DNA of 64,000 bases. Source: Octopus vulgaris. Its lineage: Eukaryota. A program made the position numbers and the translations under genes. This document shows positions 41,726-53,739 of this stretch, piece by piece. Each line of letters opens with the position of its first letter. The stretch's first letter is position 1. The DNA is taken from NCBI GenBank assembly GCA_951406725.2, contig OX597822.1, forward strand, positions 44,578,001 to 44,642,000, written 5' to 3'. The notes under the pieces were generated by a model. The model was not told the origin of the DNA. It saw nothing but the letters and a program-made list of their open reading frames with translations, and made no database searches.

Positions 41726-43659
41726 ATATATTGTCTTTCTATATATACTTTCCAAAGTCCGAAAGGACATCCCCTTTCCTACAAGTGTTAGTTTCGTACA
41801 CAATTTATATTAACTTTGTCGCATAGCCGAAGGGTTTTCTATGTTTACAAATATCTCACTGTGTCGTTTATTATATGTATATATTCTTCTGTTGTCGTCC
41901 TTCCTTATTCATCTCTTTCCCTTTGTATACATATTTCCTGTTCTCTTCAGATCACGTTTTTCTCGTTATTATTCTGTTACTCTATGTCCGTTCATTTATC
42001 ATCCAGCAGCTTCTATTGTGGATACCATCAACTTTAACATTATCTTGTGTCAAAACTGTGGTGATATTTAGTCGATAATTGATGAGGAACGGGGCACGTT
42101 CACGTCCATTGCGTGGTTTTCTTTTTCCGGGTTGCCGTATATAAGGTTGTCGTTCACTTGTGCCACATTTCCTTATTACTGATGATAATAATAAAAGTCG
42201 ACTTAAGAGTAAGAATGAGGATGTTTCATTGGAATTTCGACAGCGTCAACAATCTGCAGCCATACTGGGACACAGACTTGACCGATCGCCCACGAGACTT
42301 AAGGATTTATCTTTAGTCTGGACGAGGACATAAAAAACGAGTGGTTGTCATGCGGTAGTCGCGGAGACAAACAGAAACAAACACGCGCACACAAGACACA
42401 CTCTCGCATATAAACATGTGTGTGTGTATATATATATATATATATGGATACATACATAGGCACATAAATATGCATACACACACATATACAAAAACGCGCG
42501 CACAAATATTCGACAGACACCCACAGTCTCCGCCCAATCAAATTAAATTCATTCACATGGTACTGGATGGCACAAGGCTATGGTGGGAGACCCTTGCCCA
42601 AAGAGCCCAGCAGAGACCTCCTTTACTGGGCTGATCACAGATTTTGCATAAGACACATGCCTGCTTGAAGAATTTCACGTTTTTTCACAATACACCCGCA
42701 CATATATACCCAAATACGCTCATATACACATCTCGCAGGTCCACATATACATACATACACTCGCCCACAAATTTCTACACACACACAAACAAACTCACAC
42801 ACAGACACACACACACACTCACACAGACAAACACATACACACACATATATATATATATAAATGTATGTATGTATGAAGGTAGGTAGGTAGGTAGGTAGGT
42901 AGGTCGCTAGGTAGGTAGGTAGGTAGGTAGCTAGGTAGCTAGGTAGCTAGGTATGTAGGCGTATATCTACACATTAGTGGAGACATAGTGGGCCGTGTAT
43001 ATGCGATTTATTACATGTTAAACTTCTTAAATGTTTTACATATCTCGACTGTGCCTTCTATACTTCATAATTATATATATATACATAATTATAGGTGTCT
43101 GGGTGTGCACGCGCGCGCGCGTGTGTGTGTGTGTTGGTACGAATGTGTGTAAATCAACAATGCGTTCAATATTATAGAATTCCAAGAGAATCAAAGACAA
43201 TCCAATATGTCGCCGGTTCCACGATATCACAGCTGGAACTGAAATAGTCTCGAGGAGAGAAAATGGACGAAACCACTCGATTGGAATATTTCTATTTTCG
43301 TGTCTTTTACACATATTTCAATGTGTTTTTTTTTATCCATCAATATGCTCTTTATGTACGCATGTGTACACACACATTACGCACACACACACACACAATC
43401 ACACACATACACACATATTGATTTGAATGTGTATGCGTGTAATTTTATTGCTCTCTTTCTCCCTTTCTCTCTCTCTCCGTATATATATATATATATATAT
43501 ACATATATATATAATATATATGTATATACATCACATACACAAATATATGCACACACACATACATATACAAAAGTACCTGTGTTGTTTCCCGATGTGTACA
43601 TATATACATATATATGTAAATATATGTACATATAATATATGTATATATATATGTACATA

Positions 43660-43750
<91 letters not shown>

Positions 43751-44125
43751 TATATGTACATATGCACACACATACATCCATACGTACATAATCGATATTA
43801 ACTTAATGTGTTTACGATTTTTTTTTTACGGTGGTGTGTATGCATAGATCTATATAGGAGTATATGTTTGTATGTGTTTTTCTGTATGGATATCTCTACG
43901 TGTACGCATTTATGTTTATGCACACATGTGTGTGCGTGTGTAGAAATTTGTGAGCGAGTGTATGTATGTATGTATGTATGTATGTATGTATGTATGTATG
44001 TATGTATATGAGTATATATATGTGTACCTGCGAGATGCATATGTGAGTGTCTTTGGGTAGATATGTGCTGGTGTATCTGTGTAAGTACTCCTGCTTGTGG
44101 AGTTTTGTATGGATGTATGTTAATG

Positions 44126-44169
<44 letters not shown>

Positions 44170-44350
44170 GATGTGTGTGTGTATGAGTGCGTGTGTCTGT
44201 ACGTTTGTGTGTGTGTGTGTGTGTGTATGTGTGGCTATGTTTCATTCGTTACTGACGCACAGTCATTGTTTTTATCGCCAGAAGCTGACGATAATAACCG
44301 GAACGGAACAAATTGCAGGATGACAAATACACACACACACACACACACAT

Positions 44351-44409
<59 letters not shown>

Positions 44410-44545
44410 CATCAATACATACGTACATATAATACACATACATATACTACAGACATATACATATGCATAAATGCATATACACACACACTCACACACACTA
44501 ACATATATATCACCTACATTCAAGCATATATACATACATACATAC

Positions 44546-44598
<53 letters not shown>

Positions 44599-45106
44599 CA
44601 CACATATGTATACATATATTATATATGCATGTATATATATATATATGTATATATATATATGTTAACAGGAACACACAGGAATACACACATACCTACATAC
44701 CCATACACTCACCCATAAATTTATCCACTCACACCCACGCACATGCATTCATATGAACACACACAAACATACCCATACAAAGGTGTATAACGATAGATTC
44801 CTATTTCTTCATCAGCTAATCTGTACACACACATACATATGTAATCCCAACAACGCATAGACACGCACACCAGGTACATACACATATATACACATACACA
44901 CATATAGGCATACTCATAGAAATACACACAAGCATGCACATATATACATATACACATTTACAAAGACACATATACTAATATATATACTCCATCACACAAA
45001 CTCACATGTCTATATGTATGCATATGTATGTATGTGTATGTATGCATATATATATATGTAAATGCCTTAACACACAAACACATACATATATATACACATG
45101 CACCCC

Positions 45107-45144
<38 letters not shown>

Positions 45145-46164
45145 TATACCCTCACACATACACACATATATTCACATGTCCCACATATATATATATATAT
45201 ATATATTCATATACCCTCAAACACATGCTTATAAATATGCATAGAAACATACATATATACACATGCACACACGTATTCATATAAAATACACACACGTACA
45301 CACAAATTATCACATGCTAATATATGCAACCACCAATAAGCACGTACATGCATACGGACAAATAATGCAGATACTCACAAACACTCTCACAAGACATACA
45401 TGTATATACACACACACCTTCACACATACATACTCTCTTAAAGATTTACCTAGCCATCCATACGGACCCGCACAAATATATATATATATATATATATACA
45501 TACATGCACAAAGACACACGCTTATACGCACTCACACATTTACACAGATGCACGCTTTAATAGACATTTAATATTAGAACTGAGTTACACGTACGCATGC
45601 GCTCACGCACACCCACACGACATATATATATATATACATAAACAGAATTTATCGGTACACGATGTATATATATGTAGATATATCAATAGATGTATTTGAT
45701 GTAAGCATTTGTGCGTGTCTGTGAGTGTGTATATCTCTATATGTATGTTGTGTCTGTGCATGTATTTCTGTAAATTTTTATATACGATCGAACGTGTGTA
45801 TGACTGTATCAATGCAATTTCGTGCTTTTGTGTGTGTGCGTGTGTGTGCGTGTGTGTGTGTGTGCATGTGCATGTATTTGAAGTTATGAATGTGTTTATA
45901 TAGAAATTGCATGTGGATCTGCATTGATTTGTGTTAATTTTCATACTTCAATATTACATTTCGTTTCGTTTCCGATTTTATCATTCGTTTTTGCAGCCAC
46001 CAGCAAACGACAAAAGTGTGTCTCTAGTTTTATTATGTGGTTATGGATGTTAGCATTAGTTCTATTGTTGTTGTTGCTGCTGCTGTTATTGTTTCTTACA
46101 AATAATGCTCTTTATATTATCAAAGATACATAGATACAGACATAGAAACGTACATACATATGTA

Positions 46165-46689
46165 CTGGTGCTATCAAAAACAAAACTACAACACAAATCG
46201 ATTCGGCATTTAATCTCCTTCATAGCTGTCCCCTTCTGAAGCCTTACACTTTACGCAGCGTTGTTTCCATTGCTTGAAGCATTCCTGGAGCTACTTTTTA
46301 ACGATAGCAAGTAGCCACTGCTGCGTAGAATTCTCTTGCATTTCCGCGACTTCTTAAAATGTTGTTCGTTTCAGGCCTTGGTTTCGGGGTCATTTCCATG
46401 TACCCACGATTCGTCACCTGTTTTGACCGTTTCCAAAAAGCTTTCACCTTCCTCAGCACTATCAAAGAGATCCTACACAGCTGAAAAACCGATCTTCTTT
46501 TTGAGAGGATCGCACTCTATACACTTCACTTCCAAACGCTGCTATAAGCAAACGAAACGAGGAAGAAAGTTATAACTTTGTGAGTATGCGTGGTAGAGTC
46601 CAAGAGCAATCTGTATCATGCGATTTCTCTCTGCCTCCTTTAGCTGCCTTACTATAGCAAACACCCCGATACATTTTGATCAGACCCCG
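46165..46689 (-). mobile_element. Internally deleted mariner transposon
   Basis: Minus strand ESFLETVKTGDESWVHGNDPETK and C-terminal QECFKQWKQRCVKCKASEG; right TIR CCGATACATTTTGATCAGACCCCG resembles that of the 18952 element; TA at left. Confidence 0.85.
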
Positions 46690-46702
46690 AATATATATAT
46701 AT

Positions 46703-46913
46703 ATTACAATATGTGACCGCGTGTATATCATTAGCGATTTTGTTTTTCTGTCTTCCCTTCCTCGGACATTGCTTTTTGTTTTTCTGACGAAGACCTCCGC
46801 TCGAAACGTTAAATCCTTCTTCTTTCTTTCCTTTCCTGAGCGCCCAATAGCACTATACTTGTTCCACCTCCTCGCGTTGTTGTGTTTTCTCTTTGTTCAT
46901 GTTTGGATTAACT
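46703..46913 (+). mobile_element. Penelope-like terminal-repeat element with minimal hammerhead motif
   Basis: TTT-CTGACGA-agacctccgctc-GAAAC-GTT-AAA at 46781-46813; related to 5304 and 12827. Confidence 0.65.
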
Positions 46914-46932
46914 ATATATATATATATATATA

Positions 46933-47689
46933 CTAGCAGTATCGCCCGGCGTTGCTCAGGTTTGTAAGGGAAATAACTAAAAAGCATTTTTAGAGAGTTA
47001 TAGCCAAAAAATAGAAAAAAAATGATGGTAAATTTTTTTGAGAGTTAAAACAGGTGGAGTTGCGTCCCCTAGACGGTCTGTGGTTTGGGTTTCTCATTCT
47101 CGACCCCATGTCGAATTTATCGATTTTTTCAGAACTGGGGGAACTTTTCAAAATTTTCGCTGCGTTAGTTTTGAATTATGACATTGGGCTATGTGTGTGT
47201 CAAGTTTCATCAGAATCGGTTGAAAGCCGTGGTCAGAGTGAGGGTACGAGAAAACAGACACACAGAAACACGCACAGACAAACTGCCGTTTATATAGAGA
47301 GAGATAGCAGTATCGCCCGGCGTTGCTCAGGTTTGTAAGGGAAATAACTATAAAGCATTTTTAGAGAGTTATAGCCAAAAAATAGCAAAAAAATGGAAAA
47401 AAAATGATGGTAAATTTTTTTTGAGAGTTAAAACAGGTGGAGTTGCGTCCCCTAGACGGTCTGTGGTTTGGGTTTCTCATTCTCGACCCCATGTCGAATT
47501 TATCGATTTTTTTTCAGAACTGGGGGAACTTTTCAAAATTTTCGCTGCGTTAGTTTTGAATTATGACATTGGGCTATGTGTGTGTCAAGTTTCATCAGAA
47601 TCGGTTGAAAGCCGTGGTCAGAGTGAGGGTACGAGAAAACAGACACACAGAAACACGCACAGACAAACTGCCGTTTATATAGAGAGAGA
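46933..47689 (-). mobile_element. Head-to-tail dimer of a non-autonomous Helitron (family H2)
   Basis: Units 46933-47304 and 47305-47689 are nearly identical; minus-strand 5' TCTCTCTCTATATAAACGG, 3' hairpin + CTAG, between A and T in (TA)n. Confidence 0.85.
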
Positions 47690-47733
47690 TATATATATAT
47701 ACACATACATATATATGGTAAATATATATATAT

Positions 47734-47807
<74 letters not shown>

Positions 47808-47853
47808 TAAATATGAATATATATATATATGTGGTAAATATATATATATAAAT

Positions 47854-48061
47854 ATTACTTGTTTTAATCATTTGACGGCGGCCATGCTGGAGCACCACCA
47901 TTAGTCGAACAATTCAATCGCAGGACTTATTCTATAGGTCCTAGTTTTTTATTCTATCGAACTCTTTTGCCGAACCGGCCTGCATACACGCCAACATCGG
48001 TTGTCAAGCAATGTTGGGTGGACATACACAGACACATACACAAACACACACACACACACAT

Positions 48062-48100
<39 letters not shown>

Positions 48101-48219
48101 CGGCGGGCTTCTTTCAGTTTCCTCTTTGGTCGGCCCGAGGATATAGTAGAAAACACTCGCCCAAGTTTCCACTCAGTGGGACTGAACCCGGAACCATGTG
48201 GTTGGTAAGCAAGCTTCTT
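47854..48219 (-). mobile_element. SINE family A body; its head continues at 50657-50693 beyond the inserted element
   Basis: ..GAACCATGTGGTTGGTAAGCAAGCTTCTT | ACCACACAGCCACTTCTGCGCCT is contiguous in other copies (e.g. 63780-63820). Confidence 0.9.
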
Positions 48220-50656
48220 TATTTCATTACATTTGCCATGAAGGCAGTACATAGAGTAAAGTAGCTTTGCGGGCTGGACGAGGACATTAATGAAATGAAT
48301 GATAATGAAAGAAAGATGATAAGGATGGGAGAAGACAAAAAGCGCCCGCCGACTTCTGCTTCTCTAAAACATTGTTCTTTAAAACCAAACACAAAACGAG
48401 GTATTAAACCTCTTACAACTTTTACAACTTTTCAATTTTTGGACTTAACAGTCCATTACAAACAACAACATAGTTCAATAATTACATATAATATAAATAC
48501 AATACACAAAGCTCCTCCTCCCAGACCTGGCTTACACTTCCCTTAGGAATGCGCCAGCTCTAGGTCGGGCCCCTCAAGTCGTATCGAAACATGTCCTATC
48601 AAACGTAAAAAATACAATATCACTTCTCCCTTCCTCCTCTTTCCGGACCTCCAGTCAAATATCTAGCCGCCTGCAGAGCAGACCACGTTGACAGCCGGGG
48701 AGTTCAGAAAGAAAGCGAAGTGCCTATTATCCAATGTTTGTGTCACACAGTGCCACAATTTATGACTCATCCTCAAAATAACTTGTGCCCGCATCCTCTG
48801 CCATCCTCCACGCCTCTTCCAAAACCACACCGAGTTCCGTGTTAGCGTTGCCCGGGAACAAGCGATATTCTTCATTGAGCTCCTCCAGCTCAAACGTCAC
48901 GTCAAACGTCGTGGCCTCCACAGTTATCTGCGGAGGCCATTCGGGGTCCTGTGTGAAGGCTGAAGGTGCTCCCTTATGGTGCTTTTCCATCATCTTTTCA
49001 ATCTCACCGCCTCTATGGAAGAAGATCAATACATCGTCTTTCCCCGGGGGTAGGATATTCAATTCTTTCATTGGCGACACAGTTCCAGCCAACGGTATTT
49101 CTTCTCCTGTCGGTGGCACAACCCCAACCGACGTAGTTCCGGGACATTCCGGTACTATGTCACCGACTGCCGGCAACGTCCCGTTTCTCTTCCTCTTCCT
49201 CTTTTTTTCTTTCCAACTGAGGGAGGGTGCGTCTCCTCCGTGGCCGGAAGATTCGCCTTTCCCTCCTCATCCCTAGGATCCTTTGGTGAGCACCCATTGT
49301 TGCTCACCTTCTTCCTCTTTCGGCCCCTGTTTGAGGAGTCCTCCGCTTCTTCGGCCGTCTTCATTCCCTCTTCTACAGGGGTTTCACTTAACTGCTCCGG
49401 GATCTTATTTTGTTCCCGGGGACAGTTTGTCTTTATATGGCCGGACTCCAGGCACCGATGACACCTGGGGGAACGACCCTCAAGTATCACCGGGTACCTG
49501 CACCCGGCCATTTAAAAAGAATCTGGAAGAACCAGATTGGTTGATTGGGTCCAAAGGGTCAAAATTGCTTTTGACCCAACCCAAACAGCCGCAGGAAGAA
49601 CGTTCACATTAAGAAGCTTGGTCCCGCTGCCACCCAGACCCTGGCGGATAGCCTCCTCTATCCACTCGGGTTTTTATCCCGGGTGGCAGCCCGCAGATCC
49701 AAGCTTTCGTTAACCTCTTCCCACGATACGTTGGAAGATATAAAATTTCCTTACCCTCCAGGGGTTGACTAGCAAATTTGCGAGCCTCTTCAAGGGTGTC
49801 AAATAGCAACCACACTGTTGCATATCTGATACCCCTGGAAATAAATTTAATTGTTGGCAAATACTCTGCCAACTCCTTTTCAATTGCCTTCTTTTCGAAT
49901 AGAGCGATGGTGTCGAGTACCTTGGAGTAGGTTCTCAACACCACTGTCCTATCTTCACGGTCTTTTAACCACTTTTTAGGCGGTATAATCTCCCATGCCA
50001 AAATTTTGTCTTTTTTCATTGCCATGTTTCTTCTTTTTTTTTTTTAAATATATTCAAATAAAACTTTAAAAGCGAGAAGACAAAAAAGAAATCAAAAGAA
50101 AGTCCCAATAAACAAAAAGGAGAAAGTCAAATAAAGTTTAGAAGAAAGTCAATAGTTCAGGAACACAGCAAAAAAAATCTTCCGGCCATTCGCTACTCCC
50201 GGCCTAGGTTGAACCCGGAACGCCACAACTGGAACATGACTTCCACAAACATTGATATACAAATTGTTCAATCTTCGGAGGCAAAACACTCCCCCAAACA
50301 GCAGTTCTCACAATTATTAAAGTTCTTCAAAAGGCACAGTACAAGCAATAATTCTCATAATTAAGTGAGAAAAATATTCACTCAACATAAACTGAAGACG
50401 AATACGCCCCCAAACAAAAATTCTCACGATTCAGCGAGAAAAATTATTTGCCCCATGTCGGCAGAGCCAGAATTCTGAATCCAGTAGGAATTCCTGCCTG
50501 TACAAAAACAATTCTCAACAAAAATGCCCGCTGAACCCAAAAAACAGAATCTTACCTTACAATGGAGCTTCAAAGTTTTTCAATTCGAGACGGCTTCAAA
50601 AGCATGTCTCATCTCTTTGGTGCCGAACACCACAATTATTCGCACATGCGCAGTGG
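48220..50656 (-). mobile_element. ORF1-only non-LTR retroelement (L1/Tx1-like, HAL1-type layout) with 13-bp TSD
   Basis: TSD AAGCAAGCTTCTT at 48207-48219 and 50657-50669; about 630-bp 5' UTR, single gag-like ORF, about 540-bp 3' UTR ending in AATAAA at the junction; no RT or endonuclease motif seen. Confidence 0.85.
48760..50025 (-). pseudogene. Disrupted gag-like ORF1 (about 421 aa reconstructed) with CCHC zinc knuckle
   Basis: Three ORF-track pieces join with +1 in the A run at 49671-49675, a TAA at 49512-49514 and -1 in the A run at 49202-49208; LPDSFxMAGCRYPVILEGRSPR-CHRCLESGHIKTNC is the L1/Tx1 ORF1 knuckle context. Confidence 0.8.
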
Positions 50657-50732
50657 AAGCAAGCTTCTTACCACACAGCCACTTCTGCGCCTACACAGCC
50701 ACTATACACTATATATATGTGTGTGTGTGTGT

Positions 50733-50769
<37 letters not shown>

Positions 50770-51396
50770 ACAGTTCACTGACAGAAGTGAATAAAAGTTA
50801 AACGATAGAACGTAGCTAGGGACCTGCTATATTTTTGAGGTTTCTCTTTTTTCCTTGTGTTTCATTAAATTCTAAGAGTTTAATGCCAGAAATTCTATTC
50901 TAGAATATCATTGAGTAACGAATGTAACGCAATAATGACGCAAGTCTCATTACTGTCAATGACATTAGCTAAAACATGCGCTTCACGACGCTTCCGGGGA
51001 AAGTCGTTAGACATACCAGCCTTATACATGCGCTGACGTAACCGTAACTACAGTAGGTGGTATCTTCCGGAATGTCAAGTCTTGAAATAATTTTTTAGAA
51101 GCAAATTTAATGTTGCTTCCATTAATTGTGTTACGTGTTAAAAATGTTACAGATGTAAATATGTTCAATATGTTAATTATTTTAGTGTATTGAATGTTAT
51201 CTAAATATGCCGTGTGCTTAAGGAATCTGCTTCGCTGTCATGTGGCTTCTTGTTCGGTCTCTCTGCAAAGCAACATCGGCAAGTATCTTCTGCTATAACC
51301 ACGGGCCGATCTTTGCCATGTGAGTGCATAGGCAAAATGAAATTGTGTTCAAGTACATCGAATACCTAGGTATGTATGTATGTATGCATTAATGTG

Positions 51397-51660
51397 TGGA
51401 GGCGCAATGTCCCAGTGGTTAGGGCAGAGAACTCACGATCGGAGGATCGCGGTTTCGATTCCCAGACCGGGCATTGTGTGTATTTATTGAACGAAAACAC
51501 CTAAAGCTCAATGAGGCTCCAGCAGGGGGTGCTGGCGACCCCTGTTGTACTCTTTCGCTCCAACATTCTCTCACACTTTCTTCCTGTTTCTTGAGTAACG
51601 CCGCGAATGATTGGCGTCCCCTCTAGCTGGGGGGAACACAAACGCCATAGAAGCAGGGAA
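51397..51660 (+). mobile_element. tRNA-derived SINE family C
   Basis: TGGAGGCGCAATGTCCCAGTGGTTAGGGCAG..GGTTTCGATTCCCAGACCGGGC; collinear with 25646 for about 190 bp, then a different 3' part. Confidence 0.85.
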
Positions 51661-51689
51661 AGGATTGAAAAGGGTGCAAAAAAAATATA

Positions 51690-51994
51690 TATATAGACTT
51701 CTTGTCAGTAAAGAAATAGTCATTTTCGAACCTAGATCCAAGGCTCCTTCACTGGAATTTGAACGAGGTATTTTTGTATGTATGTATGTATGTATGTATG
51801 TATGTATGTATGTATGTATGTATGTTTCGTTTTATGTATATACTAGCTGGTCCCGTGCCCTCAAAAATGACGGCTAATTATAGAATTTTATATTCAAATA
51901 CGGTATACAAACCCATAAAACCATACGCTCATTGTTATATTAGGAGATTTTCATGCATATAGTTGCATGCCTAGACATTCTTATATATTTTTAA

Positions 51995-52066
<72 letters not shown>

Positions 52067-52460
52067 CACATATATTTAACTTAAATATAAAATTCTGGAA
52101 AGTTTTACAATTTTTTACAGTTCCAGTGATGGATTTGATCTGAAGTCTTTGAATCATCTTTCTCTTGTCTGGTTTTGAGAAGCCTAATTTACATATAATT
52201 ACAGGAATAAACCTGAACTTGTAATCTCGATTGAGTAACTGCAGATTTCTCAATAGTTCAGCGTAGGTACTCTATTTTTCACTGATCTTCAGGCTTGTTA
52301 AACTCCATTGTACACAGTTTCTCTTCTCTATCCGAAATCCTTATATCAGGTCTGTTGTGCATACATTTTATTGAAGTTTTCACTGGAACATTCCACCAGT
52401 GCTCCTTTATATTATGAGTGACTATGGCTTCTACCATACTGTGGGTTCTTATTTCTTAGG
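51690..52460 (-). mobile_element. 5'-truncated RLE-type (R2-like superfamily) LINE
   Basis: KEHWWNVPVKTSIKCMHNRPDIRISDREEKLC..YAELLRNLQLL..FIPVII..QRLQIKSITGTVKNCKTF; 3' UTR matches 32276. Confidence 0.8.
51843..51947 (-). mobile_element. 105-bp mini-Helitron (family H3)
   Basis: 5' TCTCCTAATATAA, 3' GCCGTCA-TTTT-TGAGGGC hairpin then CTAG; sits between A and T with no TSD; empty site in the paralog at about 32447. Confidence 0.85.
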
Positions 52461-52704
52461 CTCGTGGTTATCATTCCGGCGGTTCTCATTATATAGTGTC
52501 CTTGCTACATCATGTCTCATCGCTAAATAATACCGTGATGACACCTGTAAGTACGTACGTACGTATGTATGTATGTATGTATGTATGTATGTATTTGTGT
52601 ATACGTATGTTATGTATGTATATGTATACACACACACACACGCACACACACATACAGACGCACACGCACACGCACATACACATACAGACGCATACGCACA
52701 CACA

Positions 52705-52745
<41 letters not shown>

Positions 52746-52799
52746 AAGTAAGAGGACAAATGAAAGAAGGGCACTCAATCAATTCATTGTGAGTTACAG

Positions 52800-52930
52800 A
52801 TATGGATCAAAATATTTTGGTTCAAGTTCGTTGACACTTTTGAGTTTCAAGTGCGATGCTAGTCGGCAGCGATTTTGAATCGCATTTGAAACTCAACAGT
52901 ACTAACGAATTTGAATCAAAATGTTTTGAT

Positions 52931-52936
<6 letters not shown>
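52800..52936. repeat. Palindrome with about 58-bp arms
   Basis: ATATGGATCAAAA..TCAAGTGCGAT versus ATCGCATTTGA..TTTTGATCCATAT. Confidence 0.9.
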
Positions 52937-52976
<40 letters not shown>

Positions 52977-53037
52977 AAACTGCCAGAAATCGGTTCAGGA
53001 CTTTGCCCCGCAGAAGAATTCAATAAGGGCTAATACA

Positions 53038-53087
<50 letters not shown>

Positions 53088-53128
53088 ATACACACACACA
53101 TACATACATACATACATACATACATACA

Positions 53129-53159
<31 letters not shown>

Positions 53160-53654
53160 TAAGTATGGGCTATTTACGGAGTGCTCCTAGAGAACCAATC
53201 CTCAAAAATAGAAAGTAGAGAAAATTGAAAACGTAAATCATAGGCAGTCAACCAAATTCCCGAACGCATAAATGAAGATATTTAATCTTAGTAATTGAAT
53301 CATATAGATTTATGCACATCAACATAAATCATGCATGTGCAGGCGTAAAGATTCTCCGGGGGTATAAAGACTAAAAACAAACATACATAAAAATATAGAA
53401 GAAATATAAAAGCATATAAACATCCATATAATCCCATATAAATAAAGATTATATGTAAAGGGTTGTGCGTGATAAATATAGGAGGCGCAAAACGAATGAA
53501 AGGTTGATAAATATAGGAATAAAATCGTCTAAATGGCAGAGTGCATAAATCGTCTAAAAATGTCTAATACATCTAAGATATGAGATAGAAGTGATGCAAG
53601 ATATCAAATTTAAGAACAATAAATAAAAAGGGCACGAAAAATAGGAGGGTATTC

Positions 53655-53739
53655 CATCGACGGCCGTTTCAGGGGTACGTTACAGGTCAGTGTTAAAAAT
53701 TAAAGACTCTATATATGTAATGTGCCCATCATTAGGATG
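53655..53739 (-). ncRNA. Hammerhead relic (core CTAATGA) in a Penelope-like element
   Basis: CATC-CTAATGA-tGGGCACATTACA..TGTAACGTACCC-ct-GAAAC-GGCC-GTC^GATG; palindromic stem III ACGGCCGT; G5 mutated. Confidence 0.65.

Noticed and set aside
48785-49612. Plus-strand ORFs of 163, 73 and 109 aa
   Set aside because: Antisense shadows of the GC-richer minus-strand ORF1
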